Source of the DNA: an uncultured Gammaproteobacteria bacterium | Lineage (GTDB): Bacteria; Pseudomonadota; Gammaproteobacteria; JAADGQ01 | NCBI GenBank assembly: GCA_964468225.1 | Contig: CAYXVC010000001.1 | Location: 3,386 to 64,777 of the forward strand | Direction: 5' to 3' | DNA length: 61,392 nt | Shown here: piece by piece, positions 48,754 to 58,184 of the stretch | Layout: every line of letters begins with the position of its first letter | Numbering within the stretch: the first letter of the stretch is position 1 | Translations under genes and position numbers: made by a program | Notes under the pieces: model-generated | What the model saw: only the letters and a program-made list of their open reading frames with translations | The model's database searches: none | What the model was told of the DNA's origin: nothing

Positions 48754-48981
48754 CTATGGACTCTCTATCGTAGTAGATTCTAAATTTTCCTTACGTAACA
48801 ACTCATACTCACTATAACTCATACCTTCATCATCAGATTGATCAATTGATGGGTTATGACTTTGATTGATGCTTTTTAATGCTTCATATACCCCTTCTTT
48901 CCCAATGCCTCCATTTTTTGCACAGGCATTCATAGAAATGATCAACCAAAACATACATACCCAACTGAACCAAATCTTCAT
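48754..48981 (-). CDS. Small lipoprotein, hypothetical
   Basis: 75-aa ORF with lipobox ISMNAC. No recognisable family. Confidence 0.4.
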   Translation of the reverse strand: MKIWFSWVCMFWLIISMNACAKNGGIGKEGVYEALKSINQSHNPSIDQSDDEGMSYSEYELLRKENLESTTIESP

Positions 48982-49005
48982 ATTTTTTCCTAAAAAATAT
49001 AAAAG

Positions 49006-49380
49006 CTACTTAATACTATTTATCGCTTCACCCTTGCAACGCAACTTACCTTCTATCGAAGGTGCGGCAGATTTTGACTTAAAGACGAAAGGTGGCAAAA
49101 CTGTATAACCATCGGAAACCCAGTGCTCGTTCCTGGTTTCTGACTCATACTCTTGATCATTACACAATTCTCCTGCGCGTTTATGCCACAATGCAACAAT
49201 TTCATCATGCTCATTAAAACCAGAACCATAATAGGTTAATTGATAGGAGCCATCATCCAATAGCTTTTCTTCATAGCCTATTTTTGATAACCCCGCCTCA
49301 CTCGATTTATACGTTGCGCATCCAACCAAAGAAACTGTCGTTACTATGACCGCACCGATTACAACTAAATTTTTCATCAT
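49006..49380 (-). CDS. Lipoprotein, hypothetical
   Basis: 124 aa with lipobox SLVGC. No recognisable family. Confidence 0.5.
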   Translation of the reverse strand: MMKNLVVIGAVIVTTVSLVGCATYKSSEAGLSKIGYEEKLLDDGSYQLTYYGSGFNEHDEIVALWHKRAGELCNDQEYESETRNEHWVSDGYTVLPPFVFKSKSAAPSIEGKLRCKGEAINSIK

Positions 49381-49522
49381 CTATTAATGCTCCAATACTC
49401 TGTAATACAAGTTAAACAGGAGACAATTATACTTATTTCACAAACCAAATTCGTCCATCCCTACAGGAAAAGATTTATTTTTTCGCAAATAATTCAATAA
49501 CTTAAAAATAAAATGAAAATAT

Positions 49523-50686
49523 TTAGTTAATTATCCTAGATTGTGTTGATTTTTTATATTGAGATGGAGTCATTCCCACTTCCTTTTTAAATGCTGTATA
49601 AAATGCTGATTTTGAGTTAAATCCGGCATCCATTAAGATGGTTAAAATTGATGTTTTCTCAGTCTCAGGGCAAAGCAACTGCTGCTTCGTCTGGTCAATT
49701 CGGTGTGAATTAATAAAATCGAAGAAGGTTTTCCCAAGCTCATCGTTAATCACTTGAGATAGATGATTAGACGTGCACCCTACTGAGTTCGCCAACTGCG
49801 GCAAGGTAAGCCCACCATCAAGATAAGGTTTGGATTTTTCCATTACAACGAATAAGCGAGCTTTGATTTCCTCACTATTTTTATTCGATAATTTTGATTT
49901 AATATACTTGGTACTTGATGAAATGGTATTAACATACTTAAATATGGAGGGTTGCCGTAAACCCATATATTCCATGCCGTATATAATCAACACCAGGATC
50001 ACATGCAATAGCACCCCTGCCTGACCTCCGATCCCAAGCCCTTCCGAAAAAAACACATCCACAATATAAAGCACCCACAAAGGGAGCAATAACCACAAAA
50101 GTAAAACGAGCCACGATAGATTCACCTCCTCTATTGCCGATAATTGCTGGCGAATCTTTTGGCGATAACATCGTAAATGACGGAAACTCATCCTTATGTA
50201 TATGGCAACTTGAATCATAACGAATAATGTCGCCAGCCCGTCGAATAAATTAGCCCTGAATACGGCTTCTGTCATATTGCCATCTAACCCGTATAGCATG
50301 ATGATTTTCTGATTAGAATCCAGCACCCAGGTCGGCAAAACAAAAAGTAAGCCAACAAAAAACGGCATAAAATGCCAACCATCTTTTTTGCTTTCAAACG
50401 GTGGTTTTATCGAGGTTAATGCACGAATATAAAAATAGAATAACGGCCCATAAAGATAATCTAACGGCCAGATCAACCCGATCAAATGAGGGTAACTATA
50501 AAAATAATGTGATTGAAACAGAAATTCGTCAATAAGAGAAAGTGTAAATACCAAAAGAAAAAATGCCAGATAACGATTGGCTTGTCGATTAGCAATCCTT
50601 CCATCCAGAAGTGCCACAACAAGAAATGCTCCTTGAGCTGCACCAATCAAATAAATAACAGATAATAAATCTATTTCGGGCATCAT
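49523..50686 (-). CDS. AraC-family transcriptional regulator with polytopic membrane N-terminal domain
   Basis: About 7 hydrophobic segments, then a C-terminal AraC HTH (..LANSVGCTSNHLSQVINDELG.., GFNSKSAFYTAFKKEVGMTPSQY). Confidence 0.8.
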   Translation of the reverse strand: MMPEIDLLSVIYLIGAAQGAFLVVALLDGRIANRQANRYLAFFLLVFTLSLIDEFLFQSHYFYSYPHLIGLIWPLDYLYGPLFYFYIRALTSIKPPFESKKDGWHFMPFFVGLLFVLPTWVLDSNQKIIMLYGLDGNMTEAVFRANLFDGLATLFVMIQVAIYIRMSFRHLRCYRQKIRQQLSAIEEVNLSWLVLLLWLLLPLWVLYIVDVFFSEGLGIGGQAGVLLHVILVLIIYGMEYMGLRQPSIFKYVNTISSSTKYIKSKLSNKNSEEIKARLFVVMEKSKPYLDGGLTLPQLANSVGCTSNHLSQVINDELGKTFFDFINSHRIDQTKQQLLCPETEKTSILTILMDAGFNSKSAFYTAFKKEVGMTPSQYKKSTQSRIIN

Positions 50687-50824
50687 TTAAAACCCAATAC
50701 CATGATCAGTTGTACGAGGCACGATTGATTGATACGTTTGCTGTTGATCCCGGACACAACCCTGCTCATGGTCACGTAACTGAGCCATGCTTTTCAATAA
50801 CTCCTGAAAATGATCTGTTTTCAT
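50687..50824 (-). pseudogene. mazG: mazG remnant (first ~45 codons only)
   Basis: Minus-strand ORF below the track cutoff: MKTDHFQELLKSMAQLRDHEQGCVRDQQQTYQSIVPRTTDHGIGF*. E. coli MazG begins ..[33 protein letters not shown]. ATGA overlap with the relA stop, consistent with relA-mazG synteny. The stop abuts the AraC ATG (TAAATG). Confidence 0.6.
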
Positions 50825-52929
50825 TTAATTCTTCTTGCCTCAAGAACGCCACGTAAATTAATTACTGCTTCCAATACTGAAGCCAGTTGCTCTGGATCAT
50901 TTATTTCCAGAGTTAAACGCATTCTGGCTTGTTGCAGACTTTTATTTGTAAAAGTGTTGACCGAATTAACATTCATTGAGCGTTTTGATAAAACCGCCAT
51001 AATGTCACGCAGTAGCCCCGTTCGATCCAGAGCAATAATTTCTATGTCCACCTCATAACTTTGATCCTGCTTGCCTCCCCAACTCACATGGACAAATCGC
51101 TGAGGGTGTCGCACTCTCAATGCCTCTGCATTCGAGCAATTTTCACGATGAATGCTGACTCCCCTCCCCTGAGTGATAAAACCAACGACCTGATCGCCCG
51201 GCAGTGGTTTACAGCATCGAGCCAGAGTTGTCATTAAGTCATCTACACCCTCAATGATAATATCGCTTTTTAGCTTATCCGATCTTCTGTCATGCTCCCT
51301 GTGTAAAGAGGGAAAGGGCTCTTCTTTAATTTTATTTTTAGGCGTTCCAAGAGAATTTAATACTTGATTAACACCTAAATCTCCACGCCCTATGGCAGCA
51401 TAAAGATCATCAATCTGATGCAGGTTAAATGTTTCTGTCAAGGCTTTTAAGATCGTATTACCGGGCAATGTACCCTTTTGCTTCGTGAGCGCAATTTTAC
51501 CCGAGTTGATATGCTCTTCTCTGAATTCACGTTTAAACCACGACTTGACCTTTGATAGAGCCCGGGAAGATTTCAGGTAACCAAAGTGCGGAACCAGCCA
51601 GTCACGGCTGGGTTTTGCATCTTTGGCTGTGATGATTTCAACCGTTTGGCCATTCAGTAACCGAGAGGTCAGAGAGACCATTTTTCCATTCACTTTAGCA
51701 CCGCGACATCGATTCCCAACCTCCGAATGAATATGGTAGGCAAAATCCAGAGGCGTTGCTGCGAAAGGCAACTCCACCACATGGCCTTTAGGCGACAACA
51801 CATAGATTCGTGAATGCTTTTGCAGCGTAAGATCGCCCCCTTCGGTTCGATTAAGCACATCACGCAATGATTCGAGTTGCTCTTCAAGGCCTTTGTCCCG
51901 CTTCCCTCCTTCTTTATAGCGCCAATGTGCAGCCACACCCAATTCAGCATAAGAATGCATCTTGTCTGTGCGGATCTGAATTTCTACCGTTTTTTCCTCA
52001 GGGCCAAGAACTGCAGTATGCAAACTTTGATAATTGTTCGCTTTTGGTGCAGCAACATAATCATCATATTCACTGGGAATAAATTGCCATAAATCATGAA
52101 CGATGCTTAACACGGTGTAACAGGAGGATAGATCCTTCACTATCACTCGCAAAGCTCGCACGTCATACAACTCAGAAAACTTCAAATGCTTCTTCTGCAT
52201 TTTTTTCCATATACTGAAAATATGCTTTACGCGACCATGAACTTCAGCCTCCAAACCGGCTTCATTGAGTCTGGTTTTCAGCACATCAACAATGGAGTGC
52301 ATGTATCGTTCACGGTCAACCCGACACTCTTCCAGTGCTTTGGCTATTTTTTTGTATTCAGCGGGATGCAAATAACGAAATGCCAGATCCTCCAGTTCCC
52401 ACTTCAACTGCCCAATACCCAAGCGATTGGCGAGTGGCGCAAATACTTGCGCTGTTTCAGTTGCAATTCGGTATTGAATTTCTTTTGTTTGCAATGCTAA
52501 TTGATGCATTCTTAGCACTTGATAAGCCAATATAATAAAGACTGCACGAGCATCGTTAACCATATTCAACAACATCATAGGATACGCGTTATGATCACTT
52601 CCTCCCAAGCTGCCCTTGAGATTATCAATCCAGTCGCTTTCCACTCTTATCAAGGCTTGTGATTGTATGGCTAAATTACAGATTGAAGGTGAATAGGCTT
52701 CAGACATAGCAGCGGGATCAAATTCTTCATTTTCTAAACCGGTAAGCAATATTGCTGCAACAATCGTTTCACAATCAACATGGATATGATCCAGAATTTC
52801 AGCGATCTGCTTCCGACTTTTTATTTCTGGTAAGTTTTTATTGGCAGAAAAAGCTAAAGCCGATTGAATGAGCTGAACCTCATCCTGACTAAAACTTTCA
52901 CTCCATTGATTCGCAAGCTCTCTTTTCAT
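50821..52929 (-). CDS. relA: GTP pyrophosphokinase RelA ((p)ppGpp synthetase I)
   Basis: 702 aa. Synthetase motif NNYQSLHTAV, plus TGS and ACT regions. The N-terminal pseudo-hydrolase domain lacks the HD..ED motif, which indicates RelA and not SpoT. Confidence 0.88.
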   Translation of the reverse strand: MKRELANQWSESFSQDEVQLIQSALAFSANKNLPEIKSRKQIAEILDHIHVDCETIVAAILLTGLENEEFDPAAMSEAYSPSICNLAIQSQALIRVESDWIDNLKGSLGGSDHNAYPMMLLNMVNDARAVFIILAYQVLRMHQLALQTKEIQYRIATETAQVFAPLANRLGIGQLKWELEDLAFRYLHPAEYKKIAKALEECRVDRERYMHSIVDVLKTRLNEAGLEAEVHGRVKHIFSIWKKMQKKHLKFSELYDVRALRVIVKDLSSCYTVLSIVHDLWQFIPSEYDDYVAAPKANNYQSLHTAVLGPEEKTVEIQIRTDKMHSYAELGVAAHWRYKEGGKRDKGLEEQLESLRDVLNRTEGGDLTLQKHSRIYVLSPKGHVVELPFAATPLDFAYHIHSEVGNRCRGAKVNGKMVSLTSRLLNGQTVEIITAKDAKPSRDWLVPHFGYLKSSRALSKVKSWFKREFREEHINSGKIALTKQKGTLPGNTILKALTETFNLHQIDDLYAAIGRGDLGVNQVLNSLGTPKNKIKEEPFPSLHREHDRRSDKLKSDIIIEGVDDLMTTLARCCKPLPGDQVVGFITQGRGVSIHRENCSNAEALRVRHPQRFVHVSWGGKQDQSYEVDIEIIALDRTGLLRDIMAVLSKRSMNVNSVNTFTNKSLQQARMRLTLEINDPEQLASVLEAVINLRGVLEARRIK

Positions 52930-52932
52930 TTA

Positions 52933-53823
52933 TTACTCAGCATCCGTTAAAGAACTAAAAATATCAGCCAGCTGCTGTGTTGCTGGCCCAACACTGTCTG
53001 GATGGCCAAAAATCAGATGAAGAAAGCTTGCACGCTGCTGCCCTGTTTTCAATCCCAGAGGTTTCAAAATGCCATCATTCAGTAATGATTCAATTTTATG
53101 TTCGGGCAACCAGCCAAAACCCAATCCACTGCGAACGGTCTCGACGGCGGTATCAATACTGCTCACCGTCCAGCGATACTCTGAGCCCAACCAACCAGAG
53201 TCACGTTTCATGTGCAAACCGGAATCACGAATCACCACCTGCATCTCTCTACGCAGATCGTTGTGAGTCGGTACGCGTTGCAACTGGTGAAGCGGGTGAT
53301 CTTTATGAGCAACCGCAATGAACTCCACCTTGATCAGCGAATTACCCAAAAATCCTTTAGGAACCCGAGAGCCAATCACCAAATCAGCACGTCCCTCCAG
53401 CAATGCTTCATCAGCACCTGAAAGCACCACTTCATTCAGTTGCACTCGAGTCCCCCTGCTCACAGGGATAAATTGTTTCAAGGCTGCCATTAAATAACTG
53501 GAAGGAAAAGCAACATCAACGACCAGATCAATTTCAGCTTCCCACCCCTCTTCCAGACAATAAGCCAGCTGTTCCAGCTCTGCGGCATCTTCGACCAACT
53601 GACGTGAACGACGCAGAAGAACTTCGCCCATTTCAGTGAGCACCGCTTTACGTCCCTCTATTTGCAATAAAGGTACACCCAACTGTTCATGTAACTTAGC
53701 GACCGTGTAACTGACCGATGACTGACTTCGATGAAGATACTCAGCAGCTTGCGCATAACCACCATAATCCACCACTGCCTGCAGCACTCTCCACTGCTCT
53801 AAAGCGACTTTTGGAGTTTTCAT
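52933..53823 (-). CDS. LysR-family transcriptional regulator
   Basis: HTH AAEYLHRSQSSVSYTVAKLHEQLG. Start at MKTPKVALEQW. Divergent from doxX-yqjG. Confidence 0.88.
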   Translation of the reverse strand: MKTPKVALEQWRVLQAVVDYGGYAQAAEYLHRSQSSVSYTVAKLHEQLGVPLLQIEGRKAVLTEMGEVLLRRSRQLVEDAAELEQLAYCLEEGWEAEIDLVVDVAFPSSYLMAALKQFIPVSRGTRVQLNEVVLSGADEALLEGRADLVIGSRVPKGFLGNSLIKVEFIAVAHKDHPLHQLQRVPTHNDLRREMQVVIRDSGLHMKRDSGWLGSEYRWTVSSIDTAVETVRSGLGFGWLPEHKIESLLNDGILKPLGLKTGQQRASFLHLIFGHPDSVGPATQQLADIFSSLTDAE

Positions 53824-53937
53824 TCTTACATACCTATCTATATTTTCGATCATTATAACCCATTATTTGCGCTTTTATATCGAAAAAACATTGTCATAAT
53901 ATATTCATCCATCAACAAATCTAATGAGGAAAATAAA

Positions 53938-54336
53938 ATGGAAAAAGCAACAACTTTAATTGGACGTATTCTTTTGGGGAGCATTTTTTTACTCGCCGGC
54001 ATCGGCAAAATTGGAAGCTATGCGGGTACTCAGGGCTACATGGAAGCCATGGGTGTACCGGGAATGCTTCTACCCTTGGTCATTTTTCTGGAAATTGGCG
54101 GTGGCCTTGCCCTGATCGCAGGCTTTCAAGCACGAATCACAGCTTTCCTGTTGGCCGGATTCTCGATCATTTCAGCAATCATCTTTCACGCGGATCTTAA
54201 CGACCAAATGCAATCGATCATGTTTATGAAAAATTTCGCGATTGCCGGTGGCCTGTTATTTGTCACGGCTTTCGGGGCAGGCACATGGAGCATTGATGCT
54301 TACCGTAGCAACAAAGCTGGCACAACAACATCTTAA
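53938..54336 (+). CDS. DoxX family membrane protein
   Basis: 132 aa, 4 TM. RILLGSIFLLAGIGKI is a typical DoxX N-terminus. Confidence 0.8.
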   Translation: MEKATTLIGRILLGSIFLLAGIGKIGSYAGTQGYMEAMGVPGMLLPLVIFLEIGGGLALIAGFQARITAFLLAGFSIISAIIFHADLNDQMQSIMFMKNFAIAGGLLFVTAFGAGTWSIDAYRSNKAGTTTS

Positions 54337-54358
54337 AATTTAACAGGAGTCATTCATT

Positions 54359-55360
54359 ATGGGTTTATTAATTGAAGGTGTTTGGCACGATCAGTGGTAT
54401 GACACAAAAAAGAGTCAAGGGGCGTTTGTACGTGCTGATTCACAGTTTCGCAACTGGATAACTGCCGATGGCTCAGCCGGGCCAAGTGGCGTGGCTGGCT
54501 TCAAGGCTGAGAAGGGGCGTTATCATCTTTATGTCTCACTCGCCTGCCCCTGGGCTCACCGTGCATTAATCTTTCGCGCATTGAAAAATCTGGAAGACGT
54601 CATTTCAGTGTCAGTAGTTGACCCTTACATGCTTGAGCAGGGCTGGGCATTCACAGGAAATTTCGACAGTGATTTGGATGACGTGAATGATTGCCAGTTC
54701 CTGCATCAAATTTACACGTTGCAGCAATCAGATTACAGCGGACGCGTCACCGTACCTGTGTTATGGGATAAGAAAACTCAAACTATCGTCAACAACGAAT
54801 CATCAGAAATCATTCGTATGCTCAATAAGGCTTTTGATGCGTTGACTGATGTTAAGCACGACTATTACCCCGAAGCATTACAAAGCGATATTGATGCTAT
54901 GAATGACTTTATCTATCCCAATATCAATAACGGAGTTTACCGCTGTGGCTTCGCGACCAAACAAACTGTTTATGAGGAAGCTTTCGACGAACTGTTTTCA
55001 TCTTTAGATGCACTGGAACAACGCTTGAAGCAGCAGCGTTATTTAGTAAACAATCAAATCACGGAAGCAGACTGGCGACTTTTTACCACGTTGATTCGCT
55101 TCGACGCGGTCTATTACAGTCACTTCAAGTGCAACTTGCGGCAGTTAAGGGATTATTCAAACCTAAGTCACTATTTACGTGAGTTATACCAAATTCCTGG
55201 TGTGAAAAATACGGTCAACTTCACCCATATTAAACAGCACTATTATTACAGCCAGTCGACGGTCAACCCAACTCGTATTGTCCCTAAAGGGCCAATATCA
55301 GATTTTGATCAGCCTCACAATAGAGCGCACTCACTGGCGGCGAGCCAAACTATAAAATAA
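54359..55360 (+). CDS. yqjG: Glutathionyl-hydroquinone reductase (Xi-class GST, YqjG-like)
   Basis: CPWAHR active-site motif, 333 aa. The DoxX-YqjG pairing matches E. coli yqjF-yqjG. Confidence 0.82.
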   Translation: MGLLIEGVWHDQWYDTKKSQGAFVRADSQFRNWITADGSAGPSGVAGFKAEKGRYHLYVSLACPWAHRALIFRALKNLEDVISVSVVDPYMLEQGWAFTGNFDSDLDDVNDCQFLHQIYTLQQSDYSGRVTVPVLWDKKTQTIVNNESSEIIRMLNKAFDALTDVKHDYYPEALQSDIDAMNDFIYPNINNGVYRCGFATKQTVYEEAFDELFSSLDALEQRLKQQRYLVNNQITEADWRLFTTLIRFDAVYYSHFKCNLRQLRDYSNLSHYLRELYQIPGVKNTVNFTHIKQHYYYSQSTVNPTRIVPKGPISDFDQPHNRAHSLAASQTIK

Positions 55361-55918
55361 TCCTTTTTCATGCCAGTTACTGATCAATAAATTATCATGT
55401 AGCTGGCTCTGATTTTGCAATAAAGCCAGTTCATCATTGAGTTGTGTCACATACAAAGTCATCAACTCACCCACTGGGTCAACCAGCTTGATTTGAGCAG
55501 CAATCTTTCCTTGTATAGAACAGTAACGTGACCCTAATAGTTTATAGCCGGAATTTTTTAGCTGTTCAGGCGATTTAATGATGAAATCAAGTTTGTCCAT
55601 CGTGACCGCAAGCTTTGAATAATTATCATAGATAAATTCACTGGCCAATTGTTTGTTATGATTCAACGCGACTTCCTGAGCCACCCGAACGACAAGATCG
55701 TCTCCTGATGTTTGTAAAAGATGCGTCAGTTGAACGCCGGTTATGATCACAACTGCAAATGATGCAGCGATGGCGAAATATTTGCTCTTCTGCCATACGC
55801 TCTGTTTATTCGAATCTTGTGCCTCTGTCATTGCGCTCATTCGAGCCAATACCTCAGAAGAAAGCACCTGGTTTTTATAATGACGCTGCACATTTTTATC
55901 GATGGCATCATTGCTCAT
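55331..55918 (-). CDS. Anti-sigma factor (single TM), cognate to the upstream ECF sigma
   Basis: Overlaps the sigma gene stop. One TM segment (YFAIAASFAVVIITGV). Assigned by position only. Confidence 0.5.
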   Translation of the reverse strand: MSNDAIDKNVQRHYKNQVLSSEVLARMSAMTEAQDSNKQSVWQKSKYFAIAASFAVVIITGVQLTHLLQTSGDDLVVRVAQEVALNHNKQLASEFIYDNYSKLAVTMDKLDFIIKSPEQLKNSGYKLLGSRYCSIQGKIAAQIKLVDPVGELMTLYVTQLNDELALLQNQSQLHDNLLISNWHEKGLFYSLARRQ

Positions 55919-56411
55919 GGCGCACCTCGACATCATGTTTTGCTAAAAACTTTCTGATTTTCTGTTTGGCTCGGTGAATATGGCTTAATACCGTACCACG
56001 CGGCTGTGCTGTAAACGTGGCTATTTCGTTGGCGGTATAGCCTTCAACTGCCATCAAAAAAAGTGCTTCTCGCTCCACGCCGCGTAAACTCTCCAGAGCC
56101 TCTTCCAGCATGGGATATTCCAGCTCACCCATTGTTTCCAAATGCGAGGTATCTTCCTGTTCTTCTATCGGTGGCACATCATCTATTGCAACAACGACTA
56201 CTAATTGCTCCCGTTTATTCAAATTTAAAAAACGGGAACGAACAGCGCTGAACAAATAAGGGCGACTGTGAGGCCCTTTGGCCTTCAAAACCGCTAACCA
56301 TGCATCCTGAATCACATCTTCAGCACGCGCCTTATCATGCGTTAAAGAGAGTGCATAGCGATAACCGCTATGCAACAACTCTTCGAGGTTTTGAGAGACC
56401 TCGTCCATCAT
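55908..56411 (-). CDS. ECF-type RNA polymerase sigma factor
   Basis: 167 aa. Region 2 (AEDVIQDAWLAV) and region 4 HTH (GYTANEIATFTAQPRGTVLSHIHRAKQKI). Confidence 0.85.
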   Translation of the reverse strand: MMDEVSQNLEELLHSGYRYALSLTHDKARAEDVIQDAWLAVLKAKGPHSRPYLFSAVRSRFLNLNKREQLVVVVAIDDVPPIEEQEDTSHLETMGELEYPMLEEALESLRGVEREALFLMAVEGYTANEIATFTAQPRGTVLSHIHRAKQKIRKFLAKHDVEVRHEQ

Positions 56412-56416
56412 CTTTC

Positions 56417-56824
56417 TTACATGCTTTCCAGATGGTATTTACGTTTTTTACCATCCACTTTATGCAGTAAGGCTTGAGTCGTTATAAGCTTGTCACCCGA
56501 GGGCCGAACCATAAAGTCAACATCCACCTTATTTCCATTTTGATCTTTAAAATCAGCACAACTGACATAAAAATCACCTTTTTTAACGATACCACTATGC
56601 AGCTTATCCAGTTTCAACTTTAAAAGGCCACCCTTAACAGAGTCATAAACATACATAGAGCCGTCTATAGTCTGCTGATTAATAAACTCATTCATTGAAT
56701 TTTGAACATTCGTGCGCAGATCACCTTTAATAGAAGGATCATCAGCAGCAAAAATGCTGAACGATAAAGAAGCGCCCAATAGCAGCGCAGTACAAGTTGT
56801 TGTAACTTTTTTGTAGGTAGACAT
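56417..56824 (-). CDS. Secreted hypothetical protein, first gene of the ECF sigma operon
   Basis: Signal peptide ..SLSFSIFA. 5-nt gap to the sigma gene. No family recognised. Confidence 0.55.
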   Translation of the reverse strand: MSTYKKVTTTCTALLLGASLSFSIFAADDPSIKGDLRTNVQNSMNEFINQQTIDGSMYVYDSVKGGLLKLKLDKLHSGIVKKGDFYVSCADFKDQNGNKVDVDFMVRPSGDKLITTQALLHKVDGKKRKYHLESM

Positions 56825-56921
56825 TAATTTTCTCCTGATTTTATTATGTTGTTACAGGTTATTTTTATAACCTGTACTTAAGTAAACAATCGGGAGGGGT
56901 ATTTGATTGCAATGGGCAAAA

Positions 56922-57353
56922 TTACGCTTGCTCTTTATAAACAGGTACAGCCGCCTTTGTTGCGGCCTTGAGAAGTTTTTTATCTAATGTAGCGATAGGC
57001 AAGCCTTTTCGCACAGCCAGTTCAAGATAAGCAGCATCGTAACTACTGAGATTATAAGCGCGTGCCAACGCTAAAGTTCTACTAAATGATTGGCTGGATG
57101 TTAGAGGGTCAACATAAATAGGTAGAGCCTCTAATTGTGAGATAAAATGTTCGACTTCCCCCACCTTAACCTCAAGGCGTTTTTCTGCGCCCAACAGTAC
57201 ATTTGTTGCTTCAAGATGCCATAAATCAGGCACCAACGCATCCACGTCAGTGAGACTTTCTAAAATTATTGTCGCGTATTTTTGATCTGAAGACTTTTCG
57301 CTTTCCAGTAACCAGCGCATGGCTACGGAATTGTCCAACACGAAACCGGTCAT
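56922..57353 (-). CDS. vapC: Type II toxin VapC (PIN domain)
   Basis: 143 aa with FVLDNSVAMRW (PIN N-terminal Asp). 4-nt overlap with the antitoxin gene. Confidence 0.8.
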   Translation of the reverse strand: MTGFVLDNSVAMRWLLESEKSSDQKYATIILESLTDVDALVPDLWHLEATNVLLGAEKRLEVKVGEVEHFISQLEALPIYVDPLTSSQSFSRTLALARAYNLSSYDAAYLELAVRKGLPIATLDKKLLKAATKAAVPVYKEQA

Positions 57354-57589
57354 TTACGGCCACTTTCCTTTATCTCATTCAGAAGATAATCAGATACTTT
57401 ATGTTTTTTGATTTTTAAGATATTACTGATAGCCACATGAGTCTTTTCGCGGCTGCATATACGACTGGGAATGAGATCAGCAATGGGTTTTCCACGATTG
57501 GTGATCGTAAACTCTTCGCCCGCTTCAACACGGCGAAGTATTTCAGGCAGTTTGGTTTTAGCCTCGTAAGAGCCAATTTCTTCTAACAT
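57350..57589 (-). CDS. Type II antitoxin, Phd/YefM family
   Basis: MLEEIGSYEAKTKLPEILRRVEAGEEFTITNRGKPIADLIP is a typical Phd/YefM N-terminus. Confidence 0.8.
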   Translation of the reverse strand: MLEEIGSYEAKTKLPEILRRVEAGEEFTITNRGKPIADLIPSRICSREKTHVAISNILKIKKHKVSDYLLNEIKESGRK

Positions 57590-57811
57590 AACACTCTCCC
57601 TTGAATCGACTGACCAGAATACTAGTCTACAGAATAAAAATCAAGAACAGAGCGATTTGACTCAAAATATGGCTTATAAGGGAAGGGGTCGAAATGTTGA
57701 ATTCAGGCTGGCAACTATTATTTGCATTACCACCCTCAGTGATCAGAAAAAATTATCATTTTTTCTGGCCACTGGAGCAACTTTTTATATTTTCAATCTA
57801 TGAAAAATATA

Positions 57812-58018
57812 TCAAGCTGGTACAACGTTATTTGCGCAAGGCCCTTTCTGACCTTCGCCAACTTCATACTCGACTGCTTGACCATCGTTGAGAGTAGCAT
57901 AACCACCCGAACCCTTAATTTCAGAGTGGTGAACAAACAAATCCTTTCCTCCATCATCTGGAGTAATAAAACCGAAACCTTTGTCCGCACTAAACCATTT
58001 TACCGTACCTTTACTCAT
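57812..58018 (-). CDS. cspA: Cold-shock protein, CspA family
   Basis: [20 protein letters not shown] (RNP1) and DLFVHHSEI (RNP2). 68 aa from the internal ATG, with AGGAAAG upstream. Confidence 0.92.
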   Translation of the reverse strand: MSKGTVKWFSADKGFGFITPDDGGKDLFVHHSEIKGSGGYATLNDGQAVEYEVGEGQKGPCANNVVPA

Positions 58019-58184
58019 CCTATTACTTTCCTCATTAATAACGAAAGTCCTTTTTAGCACATAATGGCACGAGAACCAATTGTTATTTTTCTTTTTATTG
58101 ACACTGTCGTCACTTACATAGTTTTTTTCAATGCTTTACCGGTACCCAACCACTGTCGATTTTAATAAAAATCCTGCGGATGCA

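Noticed and set aside
57737-57774. 17-bp imperfect AT-rich hairpin (CAGTGATCAGAAAAAAT / ATTTTTTCTGGCCACTG) downstream of cspA.
   Set aside because: The stem is almost entirely A/T with two mismatches, and no U-tract follows on the cspA strand. It is not convincing as an intrinsic terminator.
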